Shown here piece by piece: positions 1-12,009 of a stretch of 64,000 bases of DNA (positions are counted from its first letter, which is position 1; the number at the start of each line of letters is the position of its first letter). Made by a program: the position numbers and the translations under genes. Origin of the DNA: Sphagnum compactum (Eukaryota); the NCBI GenBank assembly GCA_965153455.1, contig OZ234493.1:12018213-12082212 (forward strand). The letters run 5' to 3'. A model generated the notes under the pieces. The model was not told the DNA's origin, made no database searches, and saw only the letters and a list, made by a program, of their open reading frames with translations.

Positions 1-95
1 CTCTGTTTTACATTGCAAAGATGGCGCGAACTGAGTCTCATTTTTCACTAACAACAGAAATTAAACAAGCGATGGAAATCAAATGTAATGTCCAA

Positions 96-298
96 GTGCA
101 TTGCAACATCACATTTGCAAAAACATCCACTGGTTGGAATTTGGAACCTAAGTGCCTTGCATCGTCACATTTGCAACATCCACTGGTTGGAACCAAGTGC
201 CTTGCAATATCATATTTGCAACAACATCCAACCACCAGGCACCTTGCAACATCACATTTGCAACAATATCCAGTGACTGGAATGCAACAAACCTTGTG
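96..298. repeat. Degenerate minisatellite, ~42-50-bp unit, 4-5 copies
   Basis: The core ccttgcaacatcacatttgcaaca(a)catcca and variants recur near 100, 155, 200 and 243. This repeat explains the repetitive ORFs 21..341 and 38..331. Confidence 0.8.
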
Positions 299-1439
299 TA
301 TGATACTTATACATAGAAAACATGCACACATCTACATATAACTGTCATGGTTCTACTCACAAATCTACTTCCTTTGTCAAGAGCTCTGACTCAATTGACT
401 TTGGTACTCAAAATCCCAATAACCTGAGTTTCTTCTTCATTGGTGGCTGGATGGTAGCATGTCAACAACCACTGATTGCCCCACACACTCTTATCCTGCA
501 ATACAATCATGCAATCTGGAAGTATCCTGCAAACTAGTATCCAAGCAAAATGCATCTACAGACTCCAGATAGGTTGCCAGAGGAAACACCTTTGTACACA
601 GACGGGTGAGGGAATGAATTACCATTCGCAGGAGAGGACTCCAAAATCCAGAGGAGAGTTGTAAAACATGGACAAGGTGCCAAGGTTGAAACTATTTCAT
701 TTGAGGACTGGTAAATGGTCCAACAATTCTGAGGCCCACTTTACAGGCAAGGGGATTATCTCCCCATTCCGTTCAACCTGGAGTGCTAAGCACCACAATA
801 TGTAAACTATACTAAGCACATCTTGCATACTCTCTTCCTATCATGGAGAGAGATGCACATCCAGTAGGCTACATCCTGAATTTAAATCCCATGTATAGAA
901 TTGGATGGCTTTCTTTGATTTGCAAACATTCATGGAACTTTCATCAATGAAGCTATCCCAAGCTTTTGGAAGCTAATTTGAAGAGCAGCTGTTGAGGAAG
1001 CCGTGGGGGAGGTGGGGTGGAGAGGGGGGGGGCTATCATGTGCTTTAACTCTACTCCAAAGGCTCTGCACATCTTGTGAACTATGGGAAAACTACTTGCA
1101 ATGGGATCTATATAACATTACTAGAAATGTAAATGGGCAAACAAGAAAATTTATCAAAGGTTAACATAAAAGCTACAGACCAGCAGCCGGTCCCTATTTC
1201 TGACAACAAAAAAACGATGAAAAAAGAAGAGTGATTATACACAGATGAAGGCACTAACAGCAACTTATTATGTAGTTGCAATGGAATGAGGAAATGAAGT
1301 GTGGTCCCACAACAACTTTGGCTCACAACTGAACTTGGCATTTAGCACTGGTTCACATTGGGCAGGTGATTGTCTCAGAACTTGATTGCCATCAGAACAA
1401 GCAGCGGGCCACAAACCTTTGATTACTGGTACCATGACA

Positions 1440-4400
1440 CTATCGGAGCTGAAATTGGTTGCCAGTTTCAAATATAGCGGTTGTGAGGTTGTTGTGAAGT
1501 TCTTCATATGTGTCATAATCAGGGAGAATAAGTTCATTGAAACATGTGTGAGCCTGTCAGAAACAAAACCAATTTAATAAATACAGAGTTCATTGATAGG
1601 ACAAAAAAGTTGCTGTGCTGACATGATCTCTGGCTAATCTGTGTTTGTGACATGCTTGTGCCATATCTGTGAGATTGCAGATATATATCCAAAACAACAC
1701 TTTGGTAGCAGCACAAGGAATGCAGTCATAACCTTATGAGAGTCACTCACAAAGTGTCAGACCATCATGTTAATCCCAAATAGCAGTGATGAGCTGCCAT
1801 GACTACCCACTGACTGCATTGGATACCAATGGTGGGTGTGGGAGGGGAGAAGTATACGACAATCCACCCAAATTGCAACCAATTTTATATTATATAAAAT
1901 CTGAATCCTGAGTTTCTATTGCATTTCCAGAAGCAAGAGAGGACTCGATCATGATGTTGCCCAGCACTTAAGAGAAATAGCTAAATAGAAAATAGTGACT
2001 TCGTACAAGCTGCAATGAGCTTGTGAGGTAAAGCTTCATTTCATTTGAGCTTGTCCCTATGCAAGCAAGCACTTTAGCCTAAGGCATAGAGAAGCCTACA
2101 TAGAGAGAGGATACACTCAAATGGAAGGAGGAGTGCATGAGAATACTCAGTGAGGGATCCCCTTTGAGCATGCAACAGGAGTTAAGAAAGTACCTGTGGA
2201 AGCCTAGTAGAGTCTGAGACACGCACAATGTGGAAAGACCTTAAGCCTTCACTACCTCGCAACCCCTGTAAGCAAACACCACACCATTCAAGCCATTGCA
2301 AGGCAGAAGCTGACTGATATTACCAGCTAAACCTATCACATTTATGTTCCACACAGAGAGGCCCTTGTCTTGGTACTGGCATCCTCTGACATCAAATTCA
2401 GTAGAGGTCAAAAACCAGAATCCCAACATTGCAAAGTTTTTGAAAACATTATTTGGTGCAAGCTGAACATACTTTTCACGACAACCAACCATGTAAGGGT
2501 CAAGCTCATGGGTTCTCAGTCCCACTGGGTTAAGCTGCATCAGTTGGGAAGGAATCTTGGATTCATGCAGAAAAAGGACTAATGAGGAATACTCAGGATA
2601 ACATCATTTCAGTTTAGATAAATGCCCAAAATCTCAAGCACAGGAATTGTACAGAATGTGAGGGTACCTTAAAACCTTCAGGGAAAGGGACCTGTGTTCC
2701 AGGACACAAGCCAAACAGAATCATATGAGGAACTTGACATGATGCAATGCAGAAATTCACAATTGTGAAGTAAAATCATCTACAATGCATCTAGTGAACC
2801 CTGCAATTTTTTTAAGAGATTAGGTGTGCACAGCAAAGACAAAACATATTGTGTTAGCAGGTATGAAAGTGGAGGTTGAATGATTCTGGCTGCTGCATAA
2901 AGAAGCCAAACTACGTGGTTCTTGTAACCAGCCCATCATACCTTTGATGTGCCAGTCACAAACTGTAGCAGACGGGCTCTCATTTCTTGGTCCCAAGACT
3001 CTATCAACTGCAGCACAACTAAAAGCAGCTTGTCATTCAAGGCAAGTTTCTACCAGTTTTCTGAGTTGCTGCAGACTAAAACGAGAAGTCTCTGTATGCA
3101 GTACTGATGAGCTTGATGAGACCAATAAAAAAGTTTGATTTACTTCAGTACATGGAGTAGATCTTGAAACCACTAATAGATAATCCATTGGAACGATGAA
3201 AATCTTCAAACATAGCAGCTAACAGGAGAGAATAAGAGCACATAAACATGTACCTGCCAGAACCATCTGATCACATGACATTCTGATGTGTCACTATAGC
3301 CTGCTTTGTAAACAGTGTTTTTTCTCCTGCAAATGTCAAAAGTAGGAAGAAACTCTAAGTTTAGACTTTGAAAGAATCCCCAACTATGGGCAGTTCTTTG
3401 TCACTACATGTGCTCACTACATGTGTTGGGAATCCCTGCAGTCTTAATGAGCAAATTGTTGACCTTGGACACCAGAACACAAAGAACTAAACAACTACAA
3501 GCCTCCTCTACTGTACATCTGAGACAAAATGTAATCAGTTGGAAAATTCATATCACATCTAGATTGCATGGACCATTGCCACCCTACAATCCTTAATGAA
3601 CCCCAGTAATAGTTGGACAGGTCGCACATTTTAATAAATCAGACAACGCACCAATCAGCAGTGTCAATGGTTGGGAGGCCCCCAATCAGCCATTCAAGCT
3701 CATTCTCATCAAAGTGCTGCAAAGAAATAGCAAACGCATCTAGTATGAGACACAATCACACCCTTTTGTTATATGAACCTTAAGATAGTTCCAAGCTCAA
3801 ATCATGAAAGATTTTCTCACTTACATGGACAAAAGAGCACTGTCTTCTAACAGAACTTCAAGAACTCCTAATCAGACACCAGAAAGACTTATCTTCAAAA
3901 CCTCCTCAGAAAACACAAATTATGGCCTGTAAATGAGCACTATCTTCTAACAGAACTCCAAGAATTGCTCTAGTGACCAGCACCATATGGAGAAATGGTG
4001 TGTTGTGTTTACTTTGCTTAATTCAAGATTGAAGGGCACAAACCTGTAAGAGAATAGGATCAACAACACGGGCTAATCCAGTGCGCAGCGCTTGGAACTG
4101 GGGCTCCACACTCTCTATCCAAAAGAGACACACTTATTTCAGGACACCCCCACAACACTCCTTTCCATTCCAGTGGACATCAAAATAAGCAACATCTCCA
4201 TTTACGAAATGATAATACTCTTAGTTGCATGATATCTAATATCAGCAAATAACCACTCCAACAAAAAAAAACACAAAACTACAGGAAGATCTCCAGTGCT
4301 CAAAACAATGACTTCTACATAATCACAACCAATCTACTGCAACCACTCAAGGATCTTACAATAGAGAATGCAACACAAATGAACAAGTTACACAAAGGAA

Positions 4401-7400
4401 GTTTATATCCTGATGAGAAAGAGATGCACAACATAGATGTTGCACCTTTGAGGCGCCAACTGGCCAAGAGATCTACATATTCCCGTTTGTTCTGTTCAGT
4501 CACCACCATCTCCTTGCCCTTCTCCTTGAGCTGCCCCACCAGAGCAATCATGAATACTTTGTCAATTAGAAGCTCAAAACCTCCTGTTACACCAAGATCC
4601 TAATGACTAAAAAAAAATTTCCACTTTCCTTTTCTTCCATGGAACTGCCTTCTTAATCAATAGCATGTACACTACCCTATGGTCAATTCAAAGAGAAATC
4701 TCCTACATTGAGGAGTGCTAAGAATATGAACCAGTAAAAGGGTCCTGGGTGGTAATCAGACTTGTTGTGACCTTCATTGTGGAGGTTCTCCAGATGGAAA
4801 TACACTAATACAGTATTTCAAGACCAACAGTTTGCTAAGAGGGAGGGAGGAAGATGGTTGTAGTGACTACGAACCTCAACCTCCTCATATGCACCAAAGT
4901 TTTCTTTGTCCACGGAGAAGGTCAAACTCAAGTCCATTCCTTCTAGCTTGTTCTCCAACAGCTGCAAATGAATAGAATTCTTGAGAAAATTTCCCCACCA
5001 AATTAAGTTTCTCTTCCCCCCCCATTAGATACAAAAAGGATAATTATTCATTCAGTCCCAGTGATAGTCCAAAAAACCTCCATTTAACCCAATCCATAGA
5101 ACCTATTGCAGACTTCTAGGTAGGACTGCTACCTATCTAGACCAATCCGCATGGCACCCAAAGAAAGCACATCCTATTAAAATAGAGAGTATCAACTCTG
5201 GCAGGTACAGCACATCAAATAAGCATTAGAACCAGCTAACATAAAACAGCTGAGTTAACAATGCCTAAAGAAAAAGAAGTGATGGTACCCAGCAAAGGCT
5301 CTTGTAGAACTGCACATCGACTGAGGCCATATCATGGTAGGTGACAGGTTTGTCGAGTATGCGTTTATATACAAGTCTAGTAAAATGTGCATCGAGAAGA
5401 CATCCGTCCAAAAGAGCTTTTCCAACAATTGTCCCAATGAACTGGAAAAAGTCCAAGTGATCAGGATTTACACCCGAATTTTGTTTAATTTGGAATGTGT
5501 AGTCATCTGCTGCGCTGAGTGTGAAAAGAGCATATTGAGGGTTGAAAATCTCTTTGCTAAGAACACTGTACCAATCACGTGTGACTCCTCCATCATCCCT
5601 CCCAACCTCACCCACAAAGTGAACAGAGAGAGGGTTGCGCAAATCATCATCACTAATTGAAGCAAACTGCAATGAGCCAGCATCCCCAAGTTTTTAATCA
5701 GTATCAATCATCATCAAACCTTCCATCAGCCCACAGCAACCCCAAACCAGATTCTTCTCTTTTTTCAGATGCTACCTAAACCAATCCCAGGAAGCTGAAA
5801 TTCTGTGAAATTATGCAAATCAGTAGAATTGTTTTGCTCATCCTTCATGAGACTATTAATGGGCAAGTTCCTGAGTGTGTTGAGAATGGTTGAATTCTGC
5901 TGAATTATTTCTCCCTGTCAGGCAATGGTTCCATTCTGAAATGGACCTGCAAATAATGACTTTGAAAACTTTTACCCTCATGGGAAACTCCAGAACTTCA
6001 TCCAGCAATTCAATTGAAGAAGCCCAAAAATCTTAGGCCAACCTGTAGATAAGAGTCCTGGAAGACATGATCCCGCCGCACTACAATTTGTAGTAGCCTC
6101 CGCTCGCTTCTTGGTAGAGAGGGCTCTGCCTTTCCCCCATCACGCCCTTTTGACAGCTCCCTGAAATGGACAATTGTCAACATCAGTACAACAAGTCAGG
6201 CATCAATTCGTATTCTTCCAAACAGTTTCAAGCCAAAGATCATGAAATCAGCACTCTTTTATCTCAATCTTTTGGTGTGATTGAGTTGGCACCATAAAGG
6301 CATCCCCAATACTTCCAAAAACCTATGTGTAATTCAATCGAGGTTTCCTCATACTTGACCTCTGTCAACACAATAAGCATTCTATTCCATGCGGGATTTA
6401 TAGGACATTGTCCATATGGCCATCCCTGATCAAACATTCAACTACTAACCTGAATGATGTGCTAATCAGTGCCTGATTGCTAACAACCAGACCTCCAAAA
6501 ACTACAGCACAAAAATCCACTTTCAGCATAATAAGATTGAACATCTTGTTGCTATATACCTCCGAAGCCAATCACGCTTCATTCTAAAAATGGAGCCAAT
6601 GCTTAAGTGGTCTTTGAGATCCTCAATAGACTTGATGTTAGGAACTTCAATGCCTGCTGGAGAAACACGACCACCCCGGCTGCTATGCAAACTTTCAAGC
6701 CTCACGGGTGGGGCTGGCAGGATTCCAGGTGGAATTGACAAAATGTGGTCATTGATGGACAACTGTATTGCAGCTGCTAAATCTGCAGCTGCACCCAATA
6801 CCATACAAAACATCTTTTAGCTCCTGTAACAGAATTATGAAGAATAAGAATCAACCAAAGAATGTCAGATGCCTTGATACACATAACAGATGGGAGATAC
6901 ACAGGCACACTTACAGGCCTCTCTTTAAATGTCCTTTATATTTTTTAATCTGTGACCAGACTTCAACTTTCTCCAGCCTTCCATGGCAAACCAAATCCAA
7001 GCAATGTCTAAGGAATATCAAAACTCATCACAAGTTTCATGAACTGTGTTCAACTCTGACACCCAATTCACTGAACTGCAAAGTGAATTGTGATGAACAT
7101 ATATTGCACAAAATCATAATGCCAGTTTCTGTTCACATATCCAAGCAGTTTTGTGGTGGTTGGTCAACAATGACCACTATTTGCAGCTCCTTGCACCAGA
7201 TTGATTTTCAGGTTCACTTGACTGCTAGATCTTTCATCCTACAGCTATACACATCATCATTCAAACAAACAAGAGCAGCCAATCAAAGGAACAATTCACA
7301 AAAAACACTAGGAAATCTAATCAGAAGCTATGTCTACTTTCTTGGAGTACAACCATCCATCTGATGCACAACAAGGGGAAGCTTTTTTCACTTACTAGTG

Positions 7401-8313
7401 TGGTGAGCATGTGTGAAAGATACATACAGCAAGAACCCCAAAGTTTGCAGAGCTGTTCACAAGACAGAATCTACAGACCTGACCCCACAAAAGCCTCTCA
7501 AGGATTGTCACTATCTTCCAATCCTGAGATTATTGATATACAGTATGACCACACAAGACAGTGAACTGTTTCCATAGTGGTGCACTGCTCCCCACTTCCC
7601 AACATTGACAAAACTGGGGGCATCAGCAAACAAACACTGGTAACAGAAATCAAATTCCACTTCAATTGGAAGTTTTTCCGTGTCCTTCTATCAAGGTCAT
7701 TTGTGTGAGCAAGCACTTCACAGTGTAACCCACCGAAAGTGTGAAATTTAGCGCCCTAGTAAGGCTTTCCCACGGATGTCAACATCATTAGCGGATGCTG
7801 CTGCATGTGTATAAATGCAGCTGAAACTTGGACTGAGCACCCCTCAGTCCCAACATTCTTGATGGTCTCAGTTCTTCTACATAGAAGAAGAAAAGCGTGG
7901 CAAAATGGTTTGAGATACACTGACCCATCATGGAGTGGAAGAGGAAAACGAGACACAAGGAAGAGATGGGGTGAGAGAGAGAGAGCAGTCCCGGAGAGTT
8001 CAGATGAGTGATCATGCGGCAGGCTCAAAAGGGAAGGGGAAAAAGAAAGAAAACAAACAAAGACTCCCGTAGAGGCACAGGCGAACGAGGAAGGGTAAGG
8101 CAAACCTTCACGGCGCCGTTGCATTCGTCGTCTGTGCCAGGAGCATAGTGCCAACACAGACACCATCATAACTGTTGACATCCACGCCCATGCTAGCAGA
8201 AACACCGGCTGCAGCACATGTGCTAGAGAAGAAGGGGAGGAGGAGGAGGAGCTGCTGCTGCTGCTGCTTCCTGCTGCCAACAGTAGCCGGTGTTCTAACA
8301 AAACCCCCACCAT
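1440..8313 (-). CDS. HECT E3 ubiquitin ligase with N-terminal TM helix and UIM, ~529 aa, 13 coding exons
   Basis: Hand-built GT-AG exons with consistent phases: 8313-8106, 6788(or 6782)-6560, 6160-6043, 5666-5289, 4961-4875, 4530-4446, 4114-4044, 3716-3652, 3326-3254, 3007-2942, 2691-2668, 2265-2194, 1553-1440 (TAG). HECT motifs appear in order: LQIVVRRDHVFQDSY, VHFVGEVGRDDGGVTRDW, VTEQNKREYV, FDENELEWLIGG, VIRWFW, RARLLQFVTGTSKVP, RLPQAHTCFNELILPDY (catalytic Cys codon 1544-1542), and the -4 Phe in C-terminal FQLR*. The exon 1-2 join is less certain than the HECT exons. Confidence 0.9.
1727..1870 (+). repeat. Short interspersed repeat in HECT intron 12 (copy A)
   Basis: aaccttatgagagt..ctcacaaagtgtcagaccatca..caaatagcagtga..agctgccatgact.cccactg is shared with 39137-39285. 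Confidence 0.8.
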
Positions 8314-9924
8314 GGTTCCGTCTTCTCTACCAATAGACCCAACTTCCTAAGCTCTCAGTTGTCTCCACACACTCCTGCTGCTCCACAAAAACACAACCCT
8401 CCTGGAGCCGCAAAATGTCAACACCAGCCAAATTTCAAGTCCTTGAAACCACCACCAATTGCACAAAATCTTTCTTCCATATACTCTGAAGGCTGCTGCA
8501 CTTGCCTCCTCCGCATGATCAAGGAGACGAACTATTTCTCGCTTTCTCCTCCTCCTCCTCCTCTCCACTTTCCCCTCTTCCCTTCCCACAGGCTTTGTTC
8601 CTGCTCTCAGCGAAGGTTGCTCTTTCTCTTTTTTCTAGGTTTTCGGAGGGGCTAACGGTTCTTCCGCTTCTCCTGCACTGGATACTGGATGGAATGAGAC
8701 GATATCGGTATCTATACGAAGCTCTGAAGCCTGCGGAGACGGATACAACACCGGAGAGCGAAGATCCGAAAACCGTCGCTCCACAAATCTCTTGCATCCG
8801 CATGCATCTAGAGGAGCTTTGCCATTTCACTCCTCATCTTCTTCTTCTTCTTCCTCCTCCTCCTTCGACTTCGTGTGTTCTCCGCCCACGGCCGTCGTCC
8901 TTCGCGCACAGCAAGCAAGTTGAGGTGTCCGTAAATTCAGGACCTCAATGACGGCCTGAAATGACGGGCGATAACCCCCCCGTCCGCCCCCAAATGAGGA
9001 CTCCCTCAAATAGAATCTTTTTCGTCACCTGGATTATAGGGATCTTTTTACTTGCTTTTTACCTCTAGGAAAAAACAAAACCCCACCAAAAATAACATAA
9101 AATAAAATTTTAAAAAAAAATCTCAATACTTATTTTGGCCCTATGCATAGGGTACTCTTTCTTTTGGTTTTGTTTGTTGGGGGGGGGGGGGGAAGGGGGG
9201 GGGGGGGGGGTGCTGAATTTGTTTGTTGTGTAGTGCCATACCAAATTCATCATTTCAGGGTTAAATAATAACTTTATTTCAGAAAATCTCCAAAAAAAAA
9301 AATCTTTGTTTTCCTTCACAAAAAGAATTTCTTTTGAAAAAAGAAAATTTTTTTGGGGGGAAATTATTTAACATTTCTGAAAATAATAGAATTAAATTAA
9401 TTTCCAACCTACGAAAGGTTGTTATTGTATTTGCACTTTTAATTAACATGATTGAATTGGGCTATTCAAGGCATGTTTCCAAAATAAAAAATAAAAATCA
9501 ATTATTGATTTTAAAATAAAATCTTTTTGCAATTAAAAATATGATGGGGGACCATACCATTTGGGAAGAGAGAGAGAGACACGAATCAATTTGACCCACT
9601 TGTCAAAATCTTGTGGGGAAAAAGAAGAAAGACGAAGCTTGACATAAGTAAGTAAGCACATGAAAAGAACGAATAAAATGCATTTGTTCAACGTAGATTG
9701 ACGTTACCCTTAAGCTTCAAAAGAGGCGAGAGGCGACCTCCCCCTTCCCACTCGGCTTCCTCTCACACCAAAAAAAAAAAAAAAAAAAAAGTTGAAAATA
9801 TAATTTTGGCATCGAACTATTTGTTGTTGGGAGTTTTCACTTTACTCAAAGTGGCTCCAACTTTAGGGTTTATGGAGGTTGATAATTCTCTAACCGACAT
9901 AAAGAAAGAACAATGCAAGTAATT

Positions 9925-10054
9925 CACTAGTAGAAAAACCCCATTTTTCGACTTGTCTTAAGCGACTAAAAATGTCTTTTATGACTAAAAATAGTCGCAA
10001 AAGACACTTTTAGTCGCCTAAGACAAATAAAAAAATGAGGTTTTTCTACTAGTG
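9925..10054. mobile_element. 130-bp CACTA-type miniature inverted-repeat element
   Basis: Ends are CACTAGTAGAAAAACC ... GGTTTTTCTACTAGTG. The element is near-palindromic with internal gcgactaaaa/tagtcgc subterminal repeats. No clean 3-bp TSD (att vs taa). Confidence 0.75.
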
Positions 10055-10640
10055 TAAGTGCTTGAACCCCCCACCCACCCCCTTGAGGTTTGATGTTATG
10101 CACAATATGTGACATAGTTGAGCCGTGACATAGTTTAGTTTACCGTAGCCTAAGGTCAGCTTCCACATGGACAAGATGAATAAATAAATCTTTCTTTTTT
10201 TTTTTCCTCAAAAAAATTAGTTATTTTTTAAACTTATATTATCGACTATGATTTTTTAAAAATATGAGGAGTGAAATTAATCAAAATTGTTGCTTGCAAT
10301 AACTTTTTTTTAAAATGGTTTTTCACACCTCATCATCATTTTTTTTTTCATGAAAATTTGTTTCACTATTTTAAAGGATTATTTTTATGATGAAAATGAA
10401 TTTAAACTAGGGTAAAAATTAGGTTTGTTCAGTAGCCTTGGTTAGCTTGATTATTTGTTTAAGTGGGTTGTCATTGGGTTAGATCTATACACACCTTGTG
10501 ACATCCAGCATGACCTCATGGTGAGTTGTGAACCCATAACCATGTGATGGGTAACTGTGCCCTGGGTTAAACAGACCTTACACTGGTACCATGGTAAACA
10601 ACCAGTATAGTTAGTTAGTAATCACGTGTTCAGATTTTCG

Positions 10641-10976
10641 GGCTCCTTCCTTCGCGCTTTCACCAGTCGTCGTACTGGTGATTTTGGGGGTTTCTGCATG
10701 TGGATGGATGAAATCTACCTTTCTTTTGCATTTTCTTCAGAGATTATGGATGTAAACCATGGATGTCCAGTGAGAAAGAGGCACATCATTGAGACGACGA
10801 CCTGATGATTACGGACAGGCTCCTTCTTTTGCTTTCACCAGTTGTACTGGGTCATTTGGTTTCTGCATGTGGATGAATGAAACCTACTTTTTCTCAGCAC
10901 GTTGTTCGTTCGTCACGGGTTATGGATGTAAAATCATGGATGTCCATTGAGGAAGAGACCACATCATTGAGACAAC
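10641..10976. repeat. Diverged tandem duplication, ~177-bp period
   Basis: ggctccttc..ctttcaccagt..tttctgcatgtggatg..ttatggatgtaaa..catggatgtcca..cacatcattgagac occurs at 10641-10798 and 10818-10976. Confidence 0.8.
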
Positions 10977-11555
10977 TTGGGGCTCATAGCTTTGGTTATG
11001 AGCCCTAATCATCCATCAGTTGGGCTATTATTGGCTTGATATGCTTTTTACATGCCAAAAATCATCCAATGGATGGATGGTGCGTACGCTTCTCTTGCAT
11101 GCAAATAACTTCCAATGTTGGTATACTATGATTGGCAAATGTAAAAAAATAAAAAAATAAAAAATTGGCCATTTTTCTCTCCAAAAATCAAAACACAAAA
11201 AAAAGGTGCAATTGGGAAATAGATGAAAGTAGTTAGGAATTGATTGAAAGTAGGTATGGATAATTGAATCATAGCAATTGTTTGTTTGGGGTACCAAAAA
11301 CTTTGTCTTCCCCATGCTATATGATGGTTATTTATTTATTTAAATTTCTTTTTATTTTTTTTGGTCCCAAAGATATTGATGAACCTTATGTAATTTTTCA
11401 CGATACTTGGGATTTTACAAATCATACAATTTATTCACAATTTTAAAAAATATTTATTCTTTTTTTCTACCCTTGGTTAACAAGTCCCTCCCCCCCCCCT
11501 AGAAGCACTCGAAAGAAATTACCTAGTATATTTGGAGGCCACTTACACACGTTAA

Positions 11556-11881
11556 TTGTGCATTCACACTTGATGTTAAGTCCATGTTAAATGAAAATCT
11601 AGGTGGCATGCAAAATGTTAAATAGGTGATAGTTAAATTTTAACATAAAATTTTCATAGTAAAGGTGCATTCATACTTGATGTTAGGGACACTAGTGTTG
11701 AATCCCCTAACACCATGCTAGTCATTTAGGACTTACACCTACTTACCATGAACATTTAATGTTTAAGTTAATGGTCACTTAACATTAAGATAGATATCGC
11801 CCATTGACCGTTAGGGGGCCACCTAGGATGCCACCTAGATTTCCATTTAACATTGACTTAACATCAAGTGTGAATGCACCA
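11556..11881. mobile_element. Tourist-like (PIF/Harbinger) MITE
   Basis: ~50-bp TIRs: gtgcattcacacttgatgttaagtc..aatctaggtggc / gccacctagatt..gacttaacatcaagtgtgaatgcacc. TAA flanks both ends (11553-11555, 11882-11884). A third TIR copy starts at ~11664. Confidence 0.75.
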
Positions 11882-12009
11882 TAAGTAGGCATAATCTCTC
11901 TCTCTCTCTCTTTCTCTCTCACTTTTGAGTGCACCTAGACATAAACATCCCTCCTAGAGTTGAATATGGATATAAGATTAAAGTTTACCCTCCAAACCCT
12001 AAACCCAAC

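Noticed and set aside
21-341. ORFs 21..341 (+) and Cys-rich 38..331 (-) as genes, or the repeats as a CRISPR-like array
   Set aside because: They are by-products of a degenerate minisatellite with no unique spacers and no cas genes, in a eukaryotic context.
3104-3130. CTGATGAG hammerhead ribozyme core (also near 4410 and 10802)
   Set aside because: No properly placed GAAA or flanking stems were found.
6768-7364. 198-aa plus-strand ORF
   Set aside because: It is antisense within HECT intron 1, has a non-ATG start and shows no recognisable motifs.
9179-9210. Poly-G tracts (also ~48472-48507) as functional G-quadruplexes
   Set aside because: Homopolymer and slippage runs are common across this window, and nothing indicates function.
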